Assembly: GCA_030265395.1 (NCBI GenBank)
Contig: JARFYF010000094.1
Span: 27,081,072 to 27,145,071 of the forward strand
Length of the DNA stretch: 64,000 bases
Source: Rhina ancylostomus
Taxonomy: Eukaryota
Reading direction: 5' to 3'
Position 1 is the stretch's first letter. Each line of letters begins with the position of its first letter. The translations under genes and the position numbers were made by a program. The notes beneath the pieces were generated by a model. That model did not search any database, had not been told where the DNA came from, and worked only from the letters and a program-made list of their open reading frames with translations. Shown here piece by piece: positions 1-13,504 of this stretch.

Positions 1-673
1 AACTTAAATGGGACAACTCTAGCGATTGAGCCAGCAGTGAGAGGGGGTTGAATTTTACTCCAGGTGCCCACTCTCTTATAGTTTTGGAGAATGCTACCAA
101 CTTAATTTTAGAGCTTTGATTGGGAACAACCATTCACTCTGGCTGCAGCCTTCCCCACCTCCCCAATTGATTCAGCTGGTAGGCATCTCAAATATTAGCA
201 ATGAAGCCGAATTACTGAAAACTTGAATGATCATAAAATTTTATGTTTACTCTGCTCTTTCAGGTTTCATTAAACACCTGAATACAATTCAGTGAGCAAA
301 CAAAATAACCATCAAGCATTGTTTTTACTTCCTGTATATCATGAATATATATGAAAGAAATTATAGTGGGTCAGTATGACTGCCAAAAGATCCCAATTCC
401 TATTACCATCAATGGAAAACTCCAGCTTTGGGAGGTTGAATGGATGCTATGAACAAGATTATTCAGAATAAGAATGGTTGAAAGTAATGATTACATCAAT
501 AAAGTCTGGGAGAATTGCAAGAAATTAAATCCTGTAATCAGTTTTATCAGTGCAAGGTATGGAATTTCAAGTAATCGGACAGTTGCAAATACTCATGTTC
601 CATTTTAATGTAACCAAGCAAAACTGAGGTACTCGAATAGCAGGAACCAATATTCTGGCTATTAATTCCAATA

Positions 674-850
674 ATAAAAACAGAGAATGTCGGAATGGCT
701 CAGCAGCTTAGGCAGCATGTGTGAAAAGAGAAACTGTTAACGTTTCATGTCAGAGACCCTTTGTCTAACAACCTGAAAAGTTAACTGTTTCTCTTTCCAC
801 AGATGCTGCCTGACCTGCTGAGTGTTTCCAACATTTTCTGTTTCTTTTTC
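674..850. mobile_element. Palindromic non-autonomous element (Penelope-like terminal-repeat derived)
   Basis: Inverted arms of about 75 bp (aaaacagagaatg...ggcagcatgtgtgaaaagagaaactgttaac / gttaactgtttctctttccacagatgctgcc...ttttctgttt) around a degenerate hammerhead-like core. Confidence 0.7.
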
Positions 851-1009
851 AAATTTGCAAGGCTTTTTCATTTACATTATTTCCAATAAATTCTACATTA
901 AATTGCTTCAATTTTCTTGTGTCTTGAAATTTATCAGCATTGCTAGTATTTTATTGAAAACTTAAATTATTTTCTTCTTTATTGAAAAATTGTCATCTAA
1001 TGCTCAGTT

Positions 1010-1460
1010 TGTACTATTCTCACTTTTGGGTTAAAAGGATGTGGGTTCAGTCACACAATGGTAATGTGACACCCAAGATCTAGGCTGACATTCCAGTGCA
1101 GTAATGAAGATGTGCTGTATAACTGGAGGTGCAGCCTTTCACTGAAATGTTGAATAAAGGCCCTATTTGTTCTCTTTCCTGGATTTTTTTAAAGATCCAA
1201 TTAGACAATTTCAAAGAAGTGCAAGGGCCTTTCACTGCTTTCGGACCTCTATTCTGACTGCTATTCATTCCTTACCAACTAATACCAAAACAATTAACTG
1301 GTCATCAACACATTGCTGTTTGTAGGAGCTTAGTGCGGCCATTTGGCTGCCAAGTGTTCGACAGTATGACAGTGGCTACACTTAAGATATTGCATTGGCT
1401 ATGATACATTTGAGAAATCCTGTGGTCATGAAATATACCAGATAAATACAAACGAGTGCT
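1010..1460 (+). mobile_element. Deu-domain SINE (SacSINE1/AmnSINE-like), decayed
   Basis: tRNA-like head (gtgggttcag), atctaggctgacattccagtgcagt segment, core attgctgtttgtaggagct...ttggctgcc, and an L2-like tail ending ataaatacaa. Confidence 0.6.
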
Positions 1461-3983
1461 TTTTAAAAAAAATCATTACATTAGTATATACAGAAAATTC
1501 AGGAATACAATGTGTCTCATTCTGCCCTTGGATTGGCATTCTGCATAATGGAATTAGATTTCATCTATTCATTATCCTTGAAGTTCTCTTTCTTTCATTT
1601 TCAATTCTGTTTTCAATTTATTCAAAAATATTGTTATCTGGGTTGCACTAATAGATGATGCATATTATGAAATCTTTCAGGAATCCATCAAAACAGTCAA
1701 TACAATGATGTATTGCTGTGTTCTCCATTGTCATAACTGGCTATTCTTGAACAGATGCTTATCTAAATTAAACAGATAACTGGCAGTATATATATCACAT
1801 GAGAAGATGGTGGCACAAAAAAGGCCATTTTGCTAACTTTTGATTATTTTTACTGGGGAAAATTTGATGAATTGATTTGAATAAAGCAGCTGACATAATT
1901 GAATGTTCTATTATGGACCCAAGTGAGAAAACTCCGCAATTTATAGACTGTTATTACTTCCACTAAGGGTAAAACTCTTAAGACCTTTGTGGCCTTGCGG
2001 AGTAAATAAGATAGTGTTTTGTTACACAAGCAAGCAGTTTATCAAAGAAAGCCAAAGCAATTGTTGCAGCTGTTTTTAGTAAAACCCATTTAGTATGTAA
2101 TGGAATTGGTCAGTTGGGTGAAATAGAATTTTGCACACAAATGCTATTGAACAGTCTTGTGCCTCATCATGGAGAAGGTGGATTCTCTTGCTGATTATTT
2201 CTTGCACTTGGTTCTGAGAATTCCTATTGTACCATAATTGGGAGAAGGTTGATAAGCTTAAGGTTTTATTTCAAGAGCATCTTTAACCAGTTACTTTCCT
2301 GAAGATCATTCACAACTGTTCTCTAGAATTCATAAACTTAGAAATTCTCCACTGTATGATAACATCAAAATGTTTTGTGAATTACAGTCAGCAATGGTCA
2401 ACATAAACTGCATGATAGATTTCAGAATGGAAGCTCTTGGAAACTACCTCTTCAATGACTAGAGATATTTTGGAGCAGATTTTTTTCTTGAGAAGTGTGA
2501 TGGGCATGAGGAGTACATGGCTCCGACAGCCACCAGGTCAATAATGTATTTTAACAAGTTAAAGTATGCCCTTGTTCCAATAATCAATTAAGTATGCAAT
2601 TTAAAGCTAAAATGGGCATCTTGATTCATTTGTACTTTGAGTGCAGTGATTAACAACATTGTAACAGGATTATTTTCCCCTCTACATTTTCTTTCTTTTA
2701 GCTCCTTTCTCTCCATCTTCTTTTCACACTCTGTTAGAACACACAAAGCACAAAAATTATCAAAGGAGCATGTCCGTTTGTCCCAAGGTTATTGATGGTG
2801 CGTCAGCTTCTGAGAAGAAAACTTGAGGACAAATTTCAAACAAACTTGAAGCTATTTTAGGATTCAGTTTCCATTTATTTTGGAAATTCTTCTGTCTTCT
2901 GTTTTCATTTCCTGTAACTTTGGAGTTTGACTGCAAGGAGCATTAATGAAGGTGGCAATCACTGAGTGGCATTTGAAACTTTGATGTAGTGGAAATTAAC
3001 ATTTGGAATTGTGCAGTGTTTTCAATCACATATTCAGGAGTTAGACTGAATTTGGCAACAGGCTGCAAGATTATTGGCAAATATTTGTGAAATATTTTAC
3101 ACCAGTCTTTGTTAATGTAACATGCCAACTCAACTCAATACTGACATAGTTTTGGATGTTCCATGCACATGAGCATTTAGACTATCTTGCTAATAGCTGT
3201 CATGGGAATCCACCATTAGCTGGCATGCCAAGTGAGTGTCGTGCTCCAATATGTGAGTGAAGACACCGTATTGGGAAAAAAATATGAAAACACGTTTTCC
3301 AGGATAGGCAATCTTCAAACAACATGGACTTGTGTTGGAACTTCGCCTGACGCCATTCACGTTCAGCAAGTTGTATAAAACCAGATGTCATTGCTCACTA
3401 TTTATTTGTTATATAACAGTGATTTGCCTTTAGATAGAGACAGCTGTATTCAACAAAGATAGTCTTGTTACCACAATTTGTCAAAATTTCTAATGAAATG
3501 ATCGAAAAGCTTGCATGCTTTGGCTCAAAATTGGATACTATTAGCTGTACAGTAAATTACCTGATTATTCATCTGGTATGTTATTTTTTATTGCTGTTTA
3601 ATCAGTATACAAGAGACATTGATATGTGTTCATAAATCTAACCCCTCCTGTCTGAAAGGTAATGACTTTAGACCAAACCGTATTTATATTGAGATTTGAA
3701 GTACCTTTCTAACTTCACAAATTAATAATAATTGGATTCCACTGGGTAAGATTTTTATTTGAATAAACAGGTGTTTGCTCAGACTTTTAATTATTTTTGC
3801 AAGTATTTGAAGGGATTGTTTGGATTGAACCCCAACTAATGAAGCCAAGTAGAGGTTGTATTTAAAATCATCAAAGTTTGCATGTTGTTGCCTGGAGGTT
3901 TTTATAGTTGTAATTGTAATTACATCTATAATTTATAACTTAAATTATAATAAGTCATTTGCTTGTTTGTATTTTTAACACAG

Positions 3984-4092
3984 GAAGCGATAATCAATCA
4001 TGTTTCCCTGGATAAACTTTACCTGTTTCGTGTTCAAGCTGTATGTCAGAATGATCTGCGAAGTGATTTTAGCCAGACAATGCTATTTCAAG
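3984..4092 (+). CDS. PTPRG: PTPRG internal exon, C-terminal half of the fibronectin type III domain
   Basis: Acceptor ttttaacacag| and donor G|gtgagc. 109 nt (phase 0 to 1) translating [36 protein letters not shown], which closely matches the vertebrate PTPRG FN3 end as I recall it ([25 protein letters not shown]). Confidence 0.95.
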
Positions 4093-5919
4093 GTGAGCCA
4101 ACATGGAAACAAAAAGATTAGATTTTAATGTTTGGATTTATCTAAACTTAATAAATGGCCTATTTCTGGTCATCAACAGCATGAGGTAAATGTAAATACA
4201 AGTTCTTTACTCTGCTTTTCTCCTCACTTTCCATTATTGGGCATCCATTGTCTCTTGTAATTTTCTGTCATCTACTTACATGAGTGAATAAATCTAGTTA
4301 ATTTGAAGTGCAAGAAGATACTTATAATTTCATAGCAAGGAAGCATGTTGATGGATTTTTAAATGATCGGTACTGTAAACCAATTTGGTGAGAAAAAAGT
4401 TTTTGAATCAGTTTCGTAACACTTCTGTTAAAGAAAGCAGACACATGATCCTGGCAGGTACAACTTTACTATACCACATTGGACCAATTAGCTGACAGTT
4501 GTGTTATCTTTTCGTATGCCATGACTTCTTGACTGTCCTGAATCCTCTAATACAGGTAGGCATCCGAGATGGCCCTCTGCTGCTCAGCAGGTTATATTCT
4601 TATGCTGTAATGTGTATATCCCTAAAAGCTATATGACTGTGGTGCAGGAGCCTCTATTGATCCATTTGCTACATTTTAATTGTGAAGCCACAAACCACTG
4701 AACGATCCATAGTCCTCATATTCACCCTTGACTAAAATACATTGTAATCAATTATTTTTGCTTTAAGCATCTATTCACTTCGCATCACAAAGGTACTCAA
4801 AGCACTTATAACTCAGTCCTCATCTGAGCCTTCAGCGTAAACCTTTACCCTGCCCAGCTACAGGCCACTCATACTTGGTCTTTCATTCTATGCAGTTTCT
4901 ACCTCTTTTCTCCAACTTTAGAACAATAACAGTATTTCTGTGTCTTTTCTCATCATTGGCTCTGAGCTGTTCCTGCATGGCTTGGCCATATTGCATTTCT
5001 TGGGTGCATAAAAGAAGGAGGGCAAATTGAAAATGATAAGGTGTCATTAGGAGAAGAAATTTGGGGTATATACCTGCACCATCTGCAGCTGTAGATCAGA
5101 AAAGTATCAGANNNNNNNNNNNNNNNNNNNNNNNNNNNNNNNNNNGAGGACATTGTAACTACAGGAGGTTTCAATCCTGCCATGAACAACTATCTCAGTA
5201 ATAGGTGCCACTGAGGGTCACAGTGCATCTTCTGTTAGTAGCATTTAAATTGCTAGAGAAAGGGAAGTCTGTCAGTGAATGTTAAACAACAGTTGGATGA
5301 TATAGTTGTAATATTGAATAGTCAGAAGAATGTGCAAGCTGCAGAATGTGAGTGTGAGACTTAGAGCAACGCTAAAAGCAAAGAGAATTGATTACAATGT
5401 CTTTTAGTCAAAGGTGAAAATGAGGACTTTGGATCATTTTGTGGTCTCTGGCTTCACAGTAGTAGAGGACATCATTTATCCTTTTTGAATCCTGGTTGAT
5501 AAAGATTCTTGGGAGATGAGTCATGGGAGTGTGGTGAATTGAACACTGTCTGAGACTCGTCGTTCAGTTATTAGGATATGGCATTTAAGAGTGTGTTCAC
5601 TGACCTTGGCCACATGTATGAGGCATGAATTTTTTGTGGCACTAGATCTTCAAATCTAATGGCTTGGCTCCTTGTATTGATATCTGGCATTTTCTGTCCA
5701 GCTGTCTTTTGAATTTGTTTCTTAAGATTACCTGGTCCCCAGGAGATATAGGACATCCCTCTGACTTTTCAACAGCAAATCTCCAGTGTTGCATCCAAGA
5801 GCCTTGGATTTGTACCATTCTTCAATGGGTCGGATTCACTTCCTTCAAAATACCAGCACCTGTTGTAGACTCAGTGCACCTCCCCTTTAAGTTGGCTTTA
5901 ATTGTAGCAGGAAATGTTT

Positions 5920-6036
5920 CAAAGGATATCAGCCAGATGCAGGCAAACGGGACTAACTCAAATAGGCATCTTGGTTGGCATAAACAAGTTTGGCTGAAGG
6001 GCTTATTTCCATGCTGTATAACTCCCATGACTCTGT
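5920..6036 (+). mobile_element. CR1 LINE 3' tail fragment
   Basis: ggctgaagggcttatttccatgctgtataactcccatgactct resembles the CR1 terminus seen at 11430-11475. Confidence 0.6.
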
Positions 6037-6962
6037 AACCCACCCAGGATTTTAGCCCTTGCACTTGCCTTGATGCAGATCAGTAAATTTTTCAACTGAA
6101 ATCTCATAATATTTGTCTTAAAGAGAAGTCTTCAGTTTTATCCTGCTCCTTAAGAATTACTGGCCCAGCGTCATCCTTTCTCCCATTCTTTCTTACCATT
6201 CTCTCCCATAATTTATAATGACAGAGTTTATTCTTGTCAAACACTAAGCTCAATAATGAAATAGTTGTATTGTTGGATGACAAAAATATAGCTATCTGCT
6301 CCTTGCAGATGTATTATATACTATTATAAAGCTGCACTTGGACTCTCAATGAGTTCTGTAAATAGCAAATGGGTGACATTGCTTCTGGAATTAGATGGAT
6401 GTGTGCTGGATGGCAATCCATACAGAAGAAGAACGACAAATGAAGTAAATTGAAATCAGATTCAATTTGGCGTATAACAAACTGCAATTTAAAAAGAAAG
6501 AGAAGCACAAGACGTAAAACTTAAAGATGATTCAAGTAAGAAGGAAGCAGTTGTTCAGTGTAAGATCAGTAATGCCTGTCTAAAAGGCATCATTTTATAA
6601 TTGTCCTGTATTCAATAATAGGAGAATGCACAACATGTGTGTCCATTTAACGTATGATTTTGCATGTATGGGTCCATAGCTTCCCAACAACAACTGCCCA
6701 TGGTCATCAGGACTTTGAGTTGCCTGAGAACCCTAACTCATCCAAGTGAGAAGACATTAACCATAGAGACTAGAATATATATTCCAGGAGACTGAATAAG
6801 GAGGGTTTAGAATTTTTAAACTCTTATTTTACAGTTAATAACTGGCCACTGTCTTTCTTTATTCCAGATCTTATCAATAGGATAAGAAAAAAGAAAGGAA
6901 TATCGTTATCATTCACATCTTGAAGAAGTCCCAATACGTTACATAGTCACTAGAGTATGTTT

Positions 6963-7136
6963 GCAAAACCAAACTGCTGGAGGAACTCAGCAAGTCGAGC
7001 AGCATCTGTGGAAGCAAAGGGATAGTCAACATTTTGTATTGAAACCTTGCGTGAAGACTGCTGCTCGACCTGCTGAGTTCCTCCAGCAGTTTGTCTTTTG
7101 CTCCAGATGACAGCATCTGCAGTCTCTTGTGTCTCC
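6963..7136. mobile_element. Palindromic Penelope-like non-autonomous element
   Basis: 34-bp inverted repeat with one mismatch (6971-7004 vs 7059-7092), followed by the family terminus cagcatctgcagtctcttgtgtctcc. Confidence 0.75.
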
Positions 7137-7479
7137 ACTAGAGAATGTTTGAAGTGCATTAATTGTAATGTATATAGCTGTTAGCTAATTCACTAAACAG
7201 AAAGGTTCCATGAGCTAAGTGACTAGATAACGGCGGCAGGGTGAATCCTCTGCTGATCAGCAGGATCCCTGAGCTTGCTGGTTGCTTGTCCTTGGAGTAC
7301 ACTCTTTTAACAACAGGCCCCCAGGTGTAGTCTTCTGCAAAATCGGTTCACAGGTGATCAAAGAGATCCAGCAGAACACAGGAGCTCTCTGAGCACAGTT
7401 GTCGAGTTCATTGGCAGCTGATATCTTTGATTTTCACAAATGTTTAGAAATATTCAGGCATTATGAAAAATTAAGTACT

Positions 7480-9012
7480 TTTAAAGCTGTAATTATAGGA
7501 AATGAAGAGCTCAAAGGATTGCATTAGTAAATGATTAATATGAGAGTAACTAATGGATCTGAAAGGTAATAAATCTACAGGACATGATGACCTGCAACAT
7601 AGGGTTTTGAAGAAGCTTAAAGTGGAGATAGTTGATGCACTAGTTCTCACCTTCCAAAATTCCACAGATTCTGAAATGCTACCGACAGATTGGAAAACTG
7701 GATGATGTATCCTTACTATTTCAAAAAGCAGGGAGAGAAAATACAGGAAACTATAGATCATTTAGCCTGACACTCAAAGTAGGGAAAATGCTGGAAGTGA
7801 TATCGGAGTTCTTAGAAAATAATGGCAGAATTGATCAGAGTCGACATGAATTAGTGAAAAGGATATCCTGTTTGACAAATTTGTTTGTATTTTTGAAATT
7901 GTAACCAGCAGGATGGACAAGAGCAAACCAGTTGAAGTGATTTATATGGACTTTGAAAAGGGCTTTGATTAAGTGCCATCCAGGAAATTTTTGAATTTTT
8001 GAACAAAAGTAGAGTGAATGTTGTTGGGATAATATACTGGCAATGATTGAGGATTGGTTAATGAACAAACACAGAATGGAAATCAGATAATCTTCAGGTT
8101 GGGAGTCTGTGATCAATGGGAGTCCCACAGAGATGGTGCTCAGACCCCAGTTGTTCACAATCCATATCAACATTTTGGTTGAGGGATCAAGTGTAATATA
8201 TCCAAACTTGCTGATAATACAAAGCTGGGGGACAACTGGTAGTGGGAGGAGGATGAGAGGCTTCAGGGTGATATGAGCTGGTTATATGCATAAGCAAGAC
8301 GATATGAAGAAAAATGTGAGATCATTGACTTTGGTAGAAAAATACATAGGCAGAGAATTTTCAAAATCATAAGAGATTGAAAGAAGTTGAGGTTAGGAGG
8401 AACCTGGGTGACCTTGCATATGAATCATTGAAAGTCAACATTCAGGTACAGCATGCAATTAGGAAGGCAAATATTATGTTGGCCTTTATTATAACAGGAT
8501 TTGAGGACAAGAATAGTAGTTTCTTGCTCCAATTAAATATTGAACACAAATCCTTCCAACTTAAAGGAGGATGTATATGTAAAAGAATGAGTACAACAAA
8601 GATTCTCAAGATTGATTCCTGAGAGGTTTGTCAAACAGGGAGCAATTAAGAAGACTGAGCATATACATACAAAGTACTTATTGTGCTTGACAGAGTACAT
8701 GCAGAGTTGATGTTTCTCGTGGTTGGGATGTCTGGAACCCGGGGTCACAGTCTCATGATAAAAGGTCAGCCATTCACAACCGAGATGAGGAGGAGGAGAA
8801 GGTGGTCAATCTTCAGAATTCTTCACAGAAGAATGTGAAAGTCTGTCACAGTGTTTATTCAAGACATGGATTAATTGGTATTTGGATATTATGAGAATCA
8901 GGTGATATGGAGTAGTGATGAAAAGTTGTACTGAAGTAAAAGATCAGCCATAATCTTATTGAATGGTGAAGCAGGCACAATGGTCAAATGGCCCACTCCT
9001 GCTTCAATTTCT
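7480..9012 (+). mobile_element. CR1 LINE, 5'-truncated and decayed (RT region to 3' end)
   Basis: Remnants of NYRPxSLT (about 7750), DFxKAFD (about 7950), GVPQGSVLGPQLF (about 8120) and KFADDTKL (about 8205), with many stops and frameshifts. 3' tail aatggcccactcctgc. Confidence 0.85.
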
Positions 9013-9984
9013 TAGGTTATTATAACAAATAAATTTTAAAAAGTTGAAACACTGAGAAAATTCCCAAACAATTCAATTAAATATATTTAAAACAAATGAA
9101 TTAAATCAAATGGAAGGGAAATTAACTTGAACCATTCCATCCTTGCTGCTTCTTCCTGTTGATTTTACGAAGACTCAGGCAGTCTCTGTTCCACCACTGG
9201 ACTCTAAGAGGTGTCCTGAGAGCAACAGTTTGCTGAACTTCAGCCTGAGTTAGGAAGTCACTGTTAGTTAACCTGCCAGCTTTTAAGGAGTAGATTGGAC
9301 CTATTATTTTTGTTGCTGTTGCCTGAAAAGAAAATGCTGGCCAGACCACTAAGAAAGCTGCTTTACTCTTCCTGTCATCCTTAGAATTCTTCACTTCTAA
9401 TTGCTTAATTTAGTGTCTCATTCATTTAATTACTTCATTTAATGTCTCATTCATTCAACCCTCCAACTCTATGCAGTACTCCTTCAGTAATGTACTGAAT
9501 TATCTGCCTAGTTTATTTGATGATATGCTTAAGCCTACAATATTCTAATTCAGAATTGAGAGAACTAACACAAGCTTGACAAAGGTAAAGAAACTTTCTT
9601 GCAAATGCACATGAACAACTCATTCTATTGTGCATATGGTAGAGAAAAATGTCTACGTAAATCATGTAAGTTTTGTAGCTGTGGTAGATACTAAACTTGC
9701 AATAACACCTTTATTATAAATCAGTTTGCCATTCTAACAGGATGGTCCTTGAGATTCAGCCCAGATTGCTGTGGTTTGAAATAGATCAGGAAGCTTTCCT
9801 CCCATTCTTTGGTCCACTGCTGCACAACTCCAATTTGGAAGAAAATATTCCTATATGAAGGGAACCTTGAAAGATCATGGTTCAGGCGCCTCCAATGTTC
9901 TTATGTACTTCCTTTGAAATTCTGAGCTGAGATGTACTTGGTACTGAGGACCCTTTGCTTTGCTAGGGAATTTTGGAAAGACAA

Positions 9985-11475
9985 TAGTGATATCGACATT
10001 ATGAAAGAGAAGGTGCTAGCAATGTTGAGGCGTATAAAGCTGGATAAATCCTTGGGGCCTAACCAAGTGTATCCTAGACATTGTGTGAAGCAAGGGAAGA
10101 CATTGCATGGGCCCTGGCAGATATTTTTCTATCTTCCTTGGCCATAGGTAAGGCATCAGAAGATTGGATGGTGGCTCATATTATACCTTAATTTAGACAG
10201 GTCTGCAAGGACAAGCCAAAGAACTACAGACTACTGAGCTTAACAACACTTTTGGGAATGTTATTGGAGGAGATTCTGAGAGACAGCATCTATCTGCATT
10301 TGGAAAGGCAAGGACTGATTAGGGATGGTCAGCATGGCTTTAAGCATGGGAAATTGTATCTCACAAATTTGATTGGGCTTTTTAATGAGGTGACCAAGGG
10401 GATTGATGAGGGCAGGGCAGTAAACATGAACTTTAACAAGGTGTTTGACAAGGTCCTGCATGGTAGACTGGTCCTGAAGGTTAGATCTCATTGAATCCAG
10501 GGTGGGCTAGCCAATTGGATATAATATTGGCTTGGTGGAAAGAGTCAAAGCATGGTAGTGGGAGATTGTTTTTCAGATTGGAGGCCTGTGGCCAGTGATG
10601 TGCTGCAGTGATCGGTGCCTGGTCCCCTGTTGTTTGTCATATTTATTGACAATTTGGATGAGAATGAAGGTGGCATGATTGGTAAGTTTGCAGATATCAC
10701 CAAAATTTGTGGTGTGGTAGACAGTTAAGACTACAACAGATCAGCTGGGAAAGTGGGCCAAGGAATAGCAGATGGAATTTAACTTGGACAAGTGCAAAGT
10801 GATACATTTTGGGAAGTTAAATACACTGTAAATGACAGGGAACTAGGGAGTATTGTATAATAGAGAGACCTAGGTGTCCAGGTACATAGTTCCTTTAAAG
10901 TGGTAACATAGGTAGACAAGGTGGTGAAGAAAGTGTATGGCTTGCTTGCCTCCTTTGGATGAATACAAGACTTTGATGTTATTTTACATCTGTACAAGAC
11001 GTTGGCGAGACCGCACCAAAATATTGGGTGCCGTTCTGGTTACCGTACAATGATGTTGCCAAGACTGGAGGGCTTGAGGTATAAGAAGAGTGTGGATAGA
11101 CTAGGATTGTGTTCCCAGGAGCTAAGGAGACTGAGGGGTGTCTTTATAGATGTTTACGAAATCATGAGAGGCATAGCTAAGGTGAATGGTTACAGTCTTT
11201 TTCCCAGGTTAGTGGTGTCTAAAACTTAAAGGGACTAGGTTTAAGATGCAAGGGAAAGATTTAAAGGGGGCATGATAATTGGTGAGTATATAGAAGGAGC
11301 TGCAAGAGGAAGTGGGTAGAGGTAGGTACAAATACAACATGTAAAAGATATTTGGACAGGTACATGGATAAGAAAGATTTGTAGTGATTTGGGCCAAATA
11401 CCTTGATCAACATGGATGAGTTGAGCAGAAAGGCCTGTTCCTGTGACTCTTTGACTCTCTGATTCCATGACTCTA
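9985..11475 (+). mobile_element. CR1 LINE, 5'-truncated and decayed
   Basis: ORF pieces KSLGPNQVYPR, GLIRDGQHGF..YLTNLI..F.EVTK.IDEGRAV..FNKVFDKV.HGRL and LRGVFIDVYEIMRG. Ends in (gactctat)-like tandem repeats. Confidence 0.9.
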
Positions 11476-12002
11476 AGCTTAGATTAATTATGGTTGATCC
11501 CTGTGTCTGATTCAGAAGATTGTTTCCGTGGATGGGATAGGGTTTGGGTTTTTATCTTCTGTTGTAATCATGGATGTGAAGTCATTACATAGCATATTTG
11601 TCATTTCCTTGTTTTATTTCATCACTATGTTTTTAAGCTCTTAACAAACATTTTTATTTCTTGATGATGTGATTTTGATTTCTTTCATACTCCTTTCTTT
11701 CTTGTTCACCAGAATATCTGTTAATGTTTTGAATTCTTGTACATTTTTTTCTTTGTTTTTTGAATTGTGCCTTAACTCTTCAGTTCTCCATGTTTTTGGG
11801 AAGCAAGTTTAGCTCTCGCTCCTTGGAGGTAAACAGGTCCTGTATCGCAATAAGTTCTTTATCAGTACCTCTAATCGATGCTTTTTTGTCTTTTTCCCAT
11901 TCAGAGAGATTAGTGTGGTCATTGACTGTGTCATCTCATTTTCTTAGCCTCTACCTAAGTCAAGAATCTAACATAGGAGGAGACATTGTCTGACAGTAGT
12001 CA

Positions 12003-12265
12003 GTGGGACAGGTAGTTAGTGCCGCTGCCAATTGGCTCCTGTGATCCTTGTTTGATTCTGATCTCAAGTGCTGTCTGTATGGAGCTTGCACATTCTCCCT
12101 GAAGGTTAATTGGCTACTGTAAATTGCCCCTAGTGTAGGTGAGTGGCAGGAGAATTAGGGAGAGTTGATAGGCACATGAGGGAGAATAGGTTACAGGAAA
12201 ATAAATCAGAGAGTGGTCTGCAAGCTGTCTGGGGAGCCAAATGGCTTCCTTTTATATCATGAAAA
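12003..12265 (+). mobile_element. HE1/V-SINE-like tRNA-derived SINE
   Basis: Head, V-domain-like tgtatggagcttgcacattctccc, aattggctactgtaaattgcccctagtgtagg and a CR1-like tail. Paralogous to 13810-14115. Confidence 0.7.
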
Positions 12266-13454
12266 TAAGGAGAAAAATAATTTTAAAAATATATAAAAAA
12301 TATACCTGTTCTGAAGTGGCCTGCATTTGTCTGTGTGCTCAATTTGTGGTTTTACTCTGAACCTGCACATCAAGTTCTGGTTGCGTTGTTTCAGGTTGTT
12401 TATAGCAAAAGGATGTGTAATGAACATTTAAGTGTAGAAATTGTATTTCTTCCTTTCTTGGTACAATTAATGGGTACTTAGTTTTGCTCTAATGTAAAAT
12501 TTAACATCACCAAAAAAAATGCTAAATTTGGACATTTTCACTTTAAGAACTCTCCATTGTTTTCTTTATTTGGAAGCTGACTCCCCTTTTACAGCTGGGC
12601 TTGCAGCTGCTCTCCCATTCACAAGCTGCCCACTGGGAAGGAGGTCAGTGATCATAAGGAGCTTTCTTTGTGGCTGGCACATAAGCTGAAAAGGAGATGA
12701 AGGAAAATGTTGAGGGGGTTGGGAAAATGGAGAGGAAGGAGAGAATTCACGGGAGGTGGTGGAAAATGGGTTGTGCAAAAGCTTAAATGGTACCATGATA
12801 GGTAATGGAGCTCCCTATACCATTGCATTAGTGTGATTAGGTCCTGTGTCACAGTTTGGCTGCTGGCAGAATGATCATTAGTGTATCAATTCGTAACATC
12901 TACTGCACAGATGTAAGAGGGCAGCATAATAAATCAACATGAGATATTTAATGTAAATAAAAGTGATGTTGCAGCACAGGCTCTTTAAAACACTTGTAGA
13001 TCACGATTCTTTGATCCAATTACTGTCAGCAAATCAAAACTGTGTGTTGCTGATACTATCATGTGGGTGAAATGGGATGGCAAAATGACACCAGCTTTAG
13101 TTAAGTCATGAAGTACTATTTCTTGGTGGTTGGGACTTGCATCATTAATGGGCACAAACACTTCAAATCATACACAGTATACTTTTATGCGTGATTTATG
13201 CAAAAGTAAAAGATGCACATTTTTTTTGTATTCCAGCTTTAGCATTTTAATTATAAACAAGTCTATGCAAAGTAATAGGCAATCTTTCTTTTGAAATCAA
13301 GACTAAATTATTTGTTGCTGTATTCACATCTTTGACCTGGTATAATTCACTTATTTTTGCTAAATTCCATTGTGGTTACTTTTAAAATTTCTTTTGTATA
13401 ATTTTGATTATTTTGAGTTAATTATTTATATTAAAATATTTTGTTCTTCTCTAG

Positions 13455-13504
13455 CTAACACAACTAGAATATTTGAAGGAACCAGGATTATAAAAACAAG
13501 AATG
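13455..13504 (+). CDS. PTPRG: PTPRG 50-nt exon following the FN3 domain
   Basis: Acceptor ttcttctctag| and donor ATG|gtaagt. Phase 1 to 0, (A)NTTRIFEGTRIIKTRM, matching PTPRG ANTTRIFQGTRIVKT. Joins in frame with the previous exon. Confidence 0.95.
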
